This document shows, piece by piece, positions 49,338-59,200 of a DNA stretch of 64,000 nt. Position numbers and translations under genes: made by a program. The notes beneath the pieces are model-generated. The model saw only the letters and a list, made by a program, of their open reading frames with translations, did no database searches and was not told where the DNA came from. This DNA is from Savitreella phatthalungensis (lineage: Eukaryota), in NCBI GenBank assembly GCA_051599415.1, contig AP039694.1:1-64000 (forward strand). Reading direction: 5' to 3'. Each line of letters begins with the position of its first letter. Position 1 is the first letter of the stretch.

Positions 49338-50117
49338 CTCGATTCGCGTGCAGTTCTTGCGCTAGCCGTTGCCGTCTGCTGTATCTGCAGAGAGACCGTC
49401 ACGAATATCCTAAGAGCAACTTTGGAACTAGCTCAAATTCACCGCCGCCGCTTGCTTGGATGTAGCGACTAGGTTGAGTCGCGCTCAATTGTCGTCTTTC
49501 GGACTCGACAACCGTCTGGTTACCTACAGGGTACGTACTATACGTGTATGGAATCTGCTATTGCAAGGAATTTCAGCCTGCGGTGAAACTGTTGATCACA
49601 AGCCAGATCAAACTTATGGTCCGATCAGCAAGCAAGCTCGAGCGTAATATTTGCAAGCGACTAGTTTTGTAAAGTATATGTACGCATATATGTACGTAGC
49701 TATATAAAAATGTGTGATTTATCGATTGCATGATGAAATAACTTATAGAAATCATAAGGCCGGGAACTTGATCTTCGATCTGGACCACGGAATGAAGATT
49801 CCGCATAGCGACTTCGTCGCATCATTTTCGCCACCCTTCGGCGTACACGCCGAGGAATTAGACTTGCAACGTGCTCAACCTTCCAATTCATTGAAGCTGT
49901 CCTCACGACCGGAGGATCATGCATCATCCCCGAACGATAAATTGAGCGCTAGCCACGGCGTGACTGACGTTCATCTCAAAGGCTCGATCGCTAATGTGCA
50001 CTGAAAAGAGGTAAGACTGAAGACGGTTGCGAACATGAGCCGTTACACTGAATGAAAAGGTCAATAGACACCGCAAGCTCTTTCGTCTGGATGACAGCAC
50101 ATGGATCGTGCTGAAAT

Positions 50118-51137
50118 TCAGACGCATCGGCCGAAGACTCTGATGCGCTTGACCCCTCCATCCGGGTGAATAATCAATCTGACATGAGAGAATGGACCCC
50201 GGTTCACGAGCTGGGAGCTTTCGAACGAGTGCTCTTTATCCGCTTGAGTCTTCGATCTGCCCAAGATTGATTGCCACCCTTGCACATTACTCCAGTCTGT
50301 CGTGTCAGCAGTGTTGGTTGGCACATCGATTCCGAGCACCTCGATACTTTCCGGGAAATTTCCGCGAAAGTGGGCCGTATCAATGACGATAGTGTCCACT
50401 TCGACACGAGCTCCGAGTTGAATGACCGCCCAATCGCAATGATCTGGAGATCGAGACCGCGCAGTCTCCCAGCCGTCCCCCATATCAATGCCTCTACCGG
50501 GCAAAATCAAATTCTCCTTGCGCCCGAAATGTTGATCGCTGCAAGCGACAGCCCGAGCGCCACTCCCTATTGACGCTGCATCAAATAATGATGAGGTGTC
50601 CTGAGGCAGCTGTGGTGTGACGCGACCCAACAACCGGAACCGTGCAATCCCACCGTCCGGATGCTGATGAAGTTTGACATGCGTGAACGCTTTCCCCGTG
50701 CGCGGGTGTTTGAGAACGAAGAAGTGTCTCTGCGACGGTCCGCATGCCGTCTTCGGGATGACTTCTTCCCAGCTTGCCTGCTGCCAAGTCTCATTGTCCC
50801 CAGCAAGGACAGATGCCTCGACAGAGATCGCTGGTGCCTCATTACCATTGAAGTACGCCGTATCGATCTCGCATCCATATATGCTTCCTGTCAAACCCAA
50901 TTTGATAACGACCCAATCTGTTGGTTCGGGATTGTGTCTGCGCGTTTCCCAGCCATCAAACCAGGCCCCTGTTTCGACATAATATCCAGCTCTCCGAACG
51001 GGCTCCTTCGGATTGAGCAGGTTCGAAGCAGATGCGAAATACTCATCCGAGAAGCCACAAATCTGACCTCCGACATCGGCAGATATTAGATTCGTCAGCG
51101 ACTTATCGACATGATCGATGTCAACCCTCTCGACCAT
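50118..51137 (-). CDS. DAL2: Allantoicase
   Basis: Two allantoicase repeats: FSDEYF...DGWETRRHN...PDGGIARFR and SDQHFG...MGDGWETARSR...PDGGVKRIR. Confidence 0.95.
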   Translation of the reverse strand: MVERVDIDHVDKSLTNLISADVGGQICGFSDEYFASASNLLNPKEPVRRAGYYVETGAWFDGWETRRHNPEPTDWVVIKLGLTGSIYGCEIDTAYFNGNEAPAISVEASVLAGDNETWQQASWEEVIPKTACGPSQRHFFVLKHPRTGKAFTHVKLHQHPDGGIARFRLLGRVTPQLPQDTSSLFDAASIGSGARAVACSDQHFGRKENLILPGRGIDMGDGWETARSRSPDHCDWAVIQLGARVEVDTIVIDTAHFRGNFPESIEVLGIDVPTNTADTTDWSNVQGWQSILGRSKTQADKEHSFESSQLVNRGPFSHVRLIIHPDGGVKRIRVFGRCV

Positions 51138-51376
51138 TTCTACAACCGCGTACGCAGCTATCGCCTCGCGCAACTGGCAAGCAGATTGTGTTACGATTGG
51201 GCATGCATATTCAATTTATATTTTGTTTATTGTCTTCAGCTGCTCCATCCAGCGACCACTCTTGAGATTTCGATCAGGAGTTTCGCGTATCACCGAGATG
51301 CAGATGGGTAGCCTACTTAGAATCTCAGGGTACTTGTGGCAGAGAACGATTCGGCAAGTGGTGAATCCTGGTCATT

Positions 51377-52213
51377 TCAACGCTTGTGTAGAGCTTTATT
51401 TGGCGGAGGCGTGCCATAGACAAGGCGATAGGCCCATCGAAGACCGAGAAAGCTTCCAAACGCTATGATCGTGGCCCCTGCAACAGTCATTCTGCGCTGA
51501 GCCTCGGTCATCAGGTCGAACATCGGATATGGATACCAGCCGTTGATTGATTGACAGTGTTTGATCCACGCATAGTAGCCCAGACCGTAAAGAGAGTACG
51601 TTACCATTCCGACGAGCGTGCTCGCCTCCAGGGCCTCGGACATGCCGAAAATTTCGACGAGGAGCAGGATAGTTGGGATTGCATGCATCGATAAGTCCGC
51701 AGACAACGGGAATGTGGCCACAATCTCAGGTGGAGCGAGCAGGGTTGCATCATATGACTTGATGGGCCAGTAAATGACCGAAATCAAACACTCAACTGGA
51801 CCGGCAATGAGCAGTATCGCCCGCTTGCTGGCTCGCAAGATTGCGACCAGTGCGGATGTATTTGAAGCGCGCAGCAAGTCGAGCAGTGAGGCCAAGATGA
51901 ATTGTATGTATGTGAGTGTAAGAGTCAAAATGGTGAGATACTGAAAATGCCAGCCATATGCCGTGTTGATGTGATTCGGGTGTGTCTGGATATAGTAAAA
52001 TGGATAAGTGAGCAGCGCACAACTGAGTGCATGAAAAGTCAATCTAGTTGTGCTCGCCGGTCGAGTTTCGATGCCACCTGGCCTCACAGAACCATGATCC
52101 GCCCTTGAAATTGTGTTGTCCTTTGCGCGTGCCATCGCGTCCGCAAAGTGGGCGTCGAACGAGTGTCTTTCCACAGCAGATCCCCTCAAATGATCAATGT
52201 CGTCAGTAGTCAT
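51377..52213 (-). CDS. FAR-17a/AIG1-like multi-pass membrane protein
   Basis: YGWHFQYLTIL (Thr), DLSMHAIP (His) and NGWYPYPMF motifs. Confidence 0.85.
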   Translation of the reverse strand: MTTDDIDHLRGSAVERHSFDAHFADAMARAKDNTISRADHGSVRPGGIETRPASTTRLTFHALSCALLTYPFYYIQTHPNHINTAYGWHFQYLTILTLTLTYIQFILASLLDLLRASNTSALVAILRASKRAILLIAGPVECLISVIYWPIKSYDATLLAPPEIVATFPLSADLSMHAIPTILLLVEIFGMSEALEASTLVGMVTYSLYGLGYYAWIKHCQSINGWYPYPMFDLMTEAQRRMTVAGATIIAFGSFLGLRWAYRLVYGTPPPNKALHKR

Positions 52214-52484
52214 TCGTGGGGTAAGGATGATGATATTGGAGAAGGCATAGACTAATCGAATTTCAATTCAACATATTACAATCAATATAGTTTGTATAGT
52301 GTCACATGCACAAGGTTCGGGATGCTAACTGCACAAGATCAATCAATACCCAATCACAATTAACCAACCAATTGAAACGAATTACTTTTGGAGTTTGCAG
52401 CCAGAACGCAAAAGTCCAAAAGTTCGTGCCCTCAAATATCGTTATGATGTGCCTACGGGCATCGGTGAGCAGAAAGCTCACGCC

Positions 52485-53912
52485 ATGCTCCTACGGCGGG
52501 TTTCTCGACATCGCGGAGGATCTGTTCTGCCTTTTAGGTGTATATCGTCCGCCGTATCCACACTAGACACACTGAGAGCTCGGGGTCTCGTCAAAACTAC
52601 GACGGCGGACGATGAATTGGCTCGTGCACTCGATACTTCGTCGATCGCATTCTATTGCGGAGTGGATCCCACCGCAGCCTCGTTGCACCTCGGAAATCTA
52701 CTGACGTTAATGCCATCGCTGCACCTGGTATTGAGGGGTCACAAGGCGTTCGCACTTGTGGGAGGAGGGACGGGGCGGATAGGAGATCCAGCAGGTAAGA
52801 CCCAGGAGCGGGACAGAATCCAGGCTCAGCGTCTGAGGCACAATGTCAGTAAGCTGGAGGGCCAGCTGTTTCAGTTCTTCAGTCGTGGTATCGAGCACGC
52901 GCTACGCCATGGCTGGAACAATGCTGCGATAGGGACGTGGCGTGTGGTGAACAATGCTGACTGGTATGACAACCTGCGATTCATGGACTTTATGGATGAG
53001 GTGGGGCGCAACGTACGAATGTCGAAGATGCTGGCGCGCGATAGTGTGAAAAGCCGTCTTGCAAGCGATGCCGGCATGTCTTTTGGCGAGTTCGTCTATC
53101 AGCTACTCCAAGCGTACGATTTTCTACATCTCAACCGCCATCATGGCGTACGACTTCAACTTGGCGGCAGCGATCAATATGGCAATATCACTGCAGGTGT
53201 GGAATTAGTTGGACGTATACGGCAGCAGGAGCAGGATGGGACGACAGATTCAGCAAAGCAATCGCAGGTCTTTGGCTGGACTGTCCCACTACTTACTACG
53301 CCAAGCGGAGAAAAATTTGGTAAGTCAGCCGGCAATGCAATTTGGCTCGATCCAGAGATGACATCTCCATTTGACCTGTATCAATTCATGATAGGGACAA
53401 GTGATGAACAGCTAGTTCCTTTGCTTCGTTTGTTCACTTTCCTCCCGGCTGAGCGTATCGAGGAACTCGCTCAGATGCGATCTGCTGACAGACAGAGTCG
53501 GACTGTACATCACACGCTTGCATACGAAGTCATCGCTTTGATCCATGGGCGCGAAGTCGCGAGTCAGACATCGGCCGCGGCCCGGCTCTTGTTTCCAAAG
53601 GACTTCGGTGAGTCAGACCGGCTGACTGCGGACGCTCCATCTCTGCTTGCGGCATTTGCAAATGACAAGCGATTGACCACCATGCCGAAGTTTGACCTAC
53701 TCGGACGATCTCTTACGTCCCTTCTACGAGACCTTGGAGCAGTCTCAAGTGGGAAAGAGGCACGTCGGCTGATTCTGAATGGTGGTGTTTCTGTCGGCGA
53801 ACATGCTATCCGTGATGCTGAGGCCACAGTGCGCAGTGACTGGCTTCTGGACGAGACCCTGCTCGTCATTCGGCTGGGCAAAAACAAATTCTCCCTTGTG
53901 CACGCGACATAA
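52485..53912 (+). CDS. MSY1: Mitochondrial tyrosyl-tRNA synthetase
   Basis: YCGVDPTAASLHLGN (HIGH), YQLLQAYDF, QLGGSDQYGNI, KFGKS (KMSKS), S4-like C-terminus and Arg-rich presequence MLLRRVSR. Confidence 0.95.
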   Translation: MLLRRVSRHRGGSVLPFRCISSAVSTLDTLRARGLVKTTTADDELARALDTSSIAFYCGVDPTAASLHLGNLLTLMPSLHLVLRGHKAFALVGGGTGRIGDPAGKTQERDRIQAQRLRHNVSKLEGQLFQFFSRGIEHALRHGWNNAAIGTWRVVNNADWYDNLRFMDFMDEVGRNVRMSKMLARDSVKSRLASDAGMSFGEFVYQLLQAYDFLHLNRHHGVRLQLGGSDQYGNITAGVELVGRIRQQEQDGTTDSAKQSQVFGWTVPLLTTPSGEKFGKSAGNAIWLDPEMTSPFDLYQFMIGTSDEQLVPLLRLFTFLPAERIEELAQMRSADRQSRTVHHTLAYEVIALIHGREVASQTSAAARLLFPKDFGESDRLTADAPSLLAAFANDKRLTTMPKFDLLGRSLTSLLRDLGAVSSGKEARRLILNGGVSVGEHAIRDAEATVRSDWLLDETLLVIRLGKNKFSLVHAT

Positions 53913-53920
53913 GCGCTCAG

Positions 53921-54664
53921 TCAAGGATTCGCAAGTGCGCTCTCGAGAGCCTTGTGCATCGCTAGCTGTCCGGAAGACAGTCTTGCAGTTTTGTCAGCCG
54001 CTTCTTTGAATCTGTGTCCGCTGTCAGGATCATAGTAGACGTTGTCATGCAGGAGTGTCGTCAAGTCGGCGAGGGCATGATTGATGTTGAGCTTCCGTCA
54101 GTCAGCGATTCTGCTCGGGCCATCTGGATGGCTACCTACCAGGCGCGTGGAAAGAATATTTGCCGTGTCAGGGGCAAGGTAAATATTGGCGTTCAGGACG
54201 ATGTAGCTTGCGATTGGTCGCACTGTCGGTGATGGTCAATTATCTGACATCAGCCATAGGACAGGCCTAGCTTACCTTCCGAGGGGCTCTCGCGATATCG
54301 CTTTGAGATAATCCACAGATCGGGCGGCTGCTCACTTGCCACCGCAAATTCCAAGCCTCGCATTCTGGTCAAAGCGAGAGTAGCGTCGCCAAAGTTCTGA
54401 AATTGCGATTGCATCTTGAGCGCGGCTTCCGGGTGTCAGTGAGTGTCCAGATGAGTGAGCAACAGGATGTAAGCACTAACAATTATTGCTCCTCCGATCG
54501 TAGAAAGGGCTGAAAGAGAAGTACTCGAGGACATTGTCCGTTCGCAATTGACCGAATGCCTGTTTGCGGAGATCAGTAACCTGCAACGATTTAACCTCAG
54601 AGTGATTCACCTTGATGATTTCTGGTGCACGCCACACGATATGCCTGAGATCTGTGGAAGCCAT
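53921..54664 (-). CDS. MED6: Mediator subunit 6 (5 exons; introns 54560-54610, 54426-54480, 54223-54275, 54092-54139)
   Basis: Spliced translation gives DLRHIVWRAPE...DNVLEYFSFSPFYDRRSNN...MRGLEF...LWIISKRYRESP...YIVLNANIYLAPD..ILSTRL, the Med6 motifs. All four introns are GT-AG. Confidence 0.9.
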
Positions 54665-56259
54665 TGATGCCTTCGTGTATATAACGATCTCGACAGAGCG
54701 ACAAGAATGGACCTGCGATTCGGAAACGTCCGTCGTCTCCTTTCTGTGCGTTTGTGCACCTGCCGAGCGATAGCGCCAGTTGTTCTACCTTTCCAACTGG
54801 GATGTCATATCATGCATGTTTAGAACATTTTTATCGACACAATTGCATCTTCCTTACCTGGCAAGTGCAGTCACCGCCAGAGATGTCAATCAATATACAT
54901 TGCCAGTTACAAGATGGACAAAATCTCGCCAGCCGTTTGCCCTTGACTGGTTATTGATTGAATATGGTATCTATCTACAGTAGAGCAACACAATGGATTT
55001 ATACCTAATTCGATTGATTGGTATATATGGAATTTATTCGTCGTCGATATATCCATCTTGCATTCATGTTGCGACTGGAAATGATGCAAGTCCATACGCT
55101 GTCAATGCGATCTAAGGTGTGCATCAGCTCTAATATCTGACACGACATGCATTGAAAGACTAATAGCTAAGTTGTTTGTCATCGTGTGGGGCGCCTCTCG
55201 GAACGAACAACCGGCCAAATTTCTCCTCCTATAGCTAACAACAAACATAATGTGCCTCGAGCCGAGCGCAGATCGAGAGATTTAGAATTGAACACATGGA
55301 TAGACGTGCTCTCTATAGCGTGACGCTTGAGCAATGCACAAACCTGATCCACCTCTATTGAACCTGAATTGCAATCTCGTGTATTAGGCTACAAATCCTG
55401 AGATTGGCCTTGCTCGACCTTTCGAAAGGCAGAGTAGCTGTCCACAAGTATTCCTTGGCAGGAAGATCTCTTCTTCGCAATGGGTAGCCAGACTAAAACT
55501 GCAAGTGGACTGCAGCACCGGCAACATCTCTCGAAATCAAGCCAAGTCCTTGATTACAGTCTGAGAGCACTAGGGTATCTTGATAGAATAGTCGGAGTCG
55601 TTTGGCGTTTCGACCAGGATGCAGTTCACAACTGCAGTCTTCTCGATCAGACTACTCGTATCAAATGTGTGCATATCGAGGCAAACCTAGCTAGGCACAT
55701 ATATAATCGATCGATGCGAATACTGATCACGATCGATCGAGTTCTATGGAAATTATACTGTCAGATGGCTTCATAAACATATTCAGAATCCTTCTCCTAC
55801 AGTGCTAGCTGTGCTTTTCTCTGCCTCTGAATGGAATTGTAACATATCTACAGCGAAGCCTAATTAAGCGAACCAGGGTACAGCTACCGGATATACGCAC
55901 GTTTGTTCCGACGTACGCTCGAACGTTTCAACGACGTGCACACAATTATTCTCACTCTCGCTCTATATCATCTGAACAGCACGCTGTTGGTCTAACAAAG
56001 AAGCTAATCGCCGGCGAGTCCGCACCATTCTGCTGTGGATGACAACACTCTAGGTCTCTCACATGACTGCATAAGCATCGACAGGTCAAAGCTTGTGCAT
56101 TTCCGCCTCAGGATATAGAAGCTCGAGGGTGATAACTTCGACTTCAACCAGCTCTGCGTTGATCTCCGGCCGCGTCTCTGATGACAGCTAAGCGCGACTG
56201 AGAAAGTATTATTCTCTGTTTTCTCGAGAGCCTTTGCTGCTGCTTTCGCAGTCGCTGCC

Positions 56260-59200
56260 ATGAACGTAGACGGCAAGCACGATAGCAAAACGGCAGGCGT
56301 GTGCGATGCTAACGCCGATCGCGTCGCTCCCAAAGGTCATGCGGCAGAGGCACGAGTTCTCAAAGAAGCTGTGCTCCAGGCGCAGGCTAAGGACAAGCGA
56401 GGCCAGTCTAAGCTCAATCAGACATTCACGGTCGCTTCGCCGCTATCGTCGAGCAGCAGTGTCTCCAGCACCGGCACTATAAGCGCGAATGCTCGCCAGG
56501 CTGGATCACGCTCAGGCGTATCGTCGAGTTCCTCGGGCCACAGAGCATACAGCTCGTCTTACTTTCCGCGCTCTACCACACCTGGCGGGAGCTTGGTGCA
56601 AGGGCAATCGACGACGACAGTGTCCACCCCTCGCGAAACCGGGCGCTTGCCCCAGACTACCTCATCGTCGATCACGACTTCCGAGCTGGAGACCATGTAT
56701 CCTGCTCCACGCATTTACGACCTCAGTCTCATCTTATCCTCCGATGTTGGCATGTCTAAGTTCTGGACGAACATCATTGAAATTTTTGCAAAGTCTTACA
56801 AGGCTGACCGGGTAATACTCACGATTCCACACGATTTGACCGATGTACGCAATACGCCCTGGGGCTTGAAAGCTCTTTGGAACGCCAACGGACTGCCCCA
56901 AGAGATTGCAACTCGCAAGCAATCCGGCCTAAGTCGCGCAGAAAGTGGCGATTACGAAGACATGGAAGAGTTTCAAGTTGTCACACCAGGATCCGATCGA
57001 GAGGCGTTTTGGGCAATGCAAGAGAACAAAGACGGAATTGTCTACAATAGTCTGCAAAGACTCGAGCTTGAGGAAGCTCCGCTACTTGAGAATGTCACTG
57101 TGCATCGAGTGCTCGAGCGTGGTGGAGGTCTCGTCGTTCTCAACCGCGAATACAGGAATCTCCAGAATGGAATCGAGTTGAGCGATAAGACACCAGGTGG
57201 GACTGTGATGTCGAGGCAAGGTGTGGTCGATAATCAGCTTGGACAAAGAACGCATGGTGAGCTGCCTTCGAGGACCGATGTGTTTCCGCCCGCACGGCAT
57301 GAACAGCAGAAGCTACGGGATCCTCGCAAAGATGTAGATGACACAGGCACCGACCGCCCAAAGGACTCCATTGCTCGAGACAACACCGGGCCCCGACGCA
57401 GTCTCCTCAGGCAGCTCGACTACGAGGAGTACGAGCAGCCCATAATGTCACCATGGTCTCAATCGCCAGCGCCATCACCAGCAATTCTCGCTGAGACTGA
57501 CCGAAGCCCCTTTTTTCATGCGGGCCATACAGTGGATGAAGGTGCGTTCTCGCCGTCTAGCGATGACGGACGCGTCTCATACAATGATCGGCAGTGCTTT
57601 GAAGCCATCGGCATGGAATCCGCTCTGTCTGTCATACACATTCCGCTGGTACATCCGTCGACTGCAAGAGCGATTGCAATCTCTGGCCTGCAGGAGTTGA
57701 AAGGGCAGGTCCCAGTGGGGATTCTCAGTTTCGAGTCGAAGGTCGTACCATATCCGACACATCTCATCGAGAGCCTCACGGCATTGGCGCCGTTCATAGC
57801 GACTGCGATGTCGGCTGCTCAGAGCCACGCAAGCATTTTACATCAGTTGGCCTATGAACCTCCGCTGGGACTATCGCCTAGCGCGAGGTCAGGCACCGGA
57901 ACGACTTCACCGTCCATGGTCAGCCATTCTGAGAGGCTCTCTCCTGCGGCGAGGTCAATTGATGCTACGCTAAACACGACGGATTCGAGTATGCACGTAC
58001 GATCATCCTACTTTCCGCCAACACGAACCGAATCGACGATCAGCACAGAGGAGATGGGACAGACGTCGGTTCAGGATGACGATATCAAGGGTCCAGCCAG
58101 ACGGCAGCCAAGCATACGGCTGAGCCGGCCAGCACTTGCACACCGTCGACTGGCCAGTGCTCCAGATTTATCCCAGATCGACAATATTGTGCCAGGCACG
58201 CAGTCGAAACGTCGACGCAGAACTGCCAACAAGTCCTTGCTACACTCGCTCGGCGCAAATTTGCAATCGAGCTTCCATCCGGCATCGACTACTGGGTCGC
58301 AGCAAAACGAGGACGCGAATGCCGTTGAGGCAGAGGTTCAGGCGCAACCCAGCTCGCGGCTGATTCGTGTCATCGTAGACGCTATACCTGTGTGTGTCTT
58401 CACCGCCAGTCCCGTGACCGGTCGAGTGACCTGGGTCAACGAGCGGACTTTGCAGTATGCAGGCATTAGCGCCGAGCGTTTCCTCAAAGTATCGCGCGAG
58501 GCAATCCATCCAGAAGATCGTGATCGGCATATCGAAGGTTGGGAAACAGCGCGGACGGCTGGCGCCGGGTACAATTCTCAAATCAGATTCCGTCGGTTCG
58601 ACGGGCAATATCGCTGGTTCCTCAGTCGAATTGTACCTCTGCGCGACTCCCGGGGGGTAATTGTGCATTGGTTCGGCACTATGATGGATATCCACGAGCA
58701 GAAGGGCGCGGAGCGTGAGGCCGCTCGGCGTGCCGAGACTGTCGCCAGTGAAGCGAAATATCGTGGTCTTGCCGAAGCGTCGCCGCAGATTGTTTTCAGC
58801 CTAACCACAGCTGAAGGCATCACGTATGCCAACCAACAATGGCTGTCTTTCTCTGGACAGTCTTTTCAGCAGGCGAAAGGTCTCGGTTTCTTGAGTCACG
58901 TGCATCCGTCCGACCGGGATTCATGCCTAGTGCCGAGCACTCGGGAGAGCGGCGAGGGTGCCATCAAGCGCGAGTTGCGACTGCTCGACAAACATGGGGA
59001 CTATAAATGGCACCTTGTCAAATGTGTTTGTATCGGTCGGGCAGATGATAGCCCTGTTGAGAACTGGCTGGGAACGTGCACCGATATAAATGAGCACAAG
59101 CTACTCGAGGCTAAACTGCAGGAAGCCAAAGAAGCAGCAACGAAGAACATGGAATCCAAGACTCGCTTCCTGTCAAACATGTCGCACGAGATCAGGACTC

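Noticed and set aside
3300..49400. Recurrent ACGCG/CGCGT motifs near several starts (e.g. 35763, 39086, 44830)
   Set aside because: The genome is CpG-rich, so enrichment cannot be established without counting against background
40139..51137. Purine-catabolism cluster (Zn2Cys6 TF plus allantoicase)
   Set aside because: The two genes are separated by three unrelated housekeeping genes, no other pathway genes are present and TF specificity cannot be assigned
3850..52484. N-terminal extensions given by the ORF track (ALG1, MIC12, GMC, EMP70, CDC43, MSY1 and others)
   Set aside because: They come from upstream or non-ATG starts. Signal/targeting peptides or family homology begin at the downstream ATGs used here.
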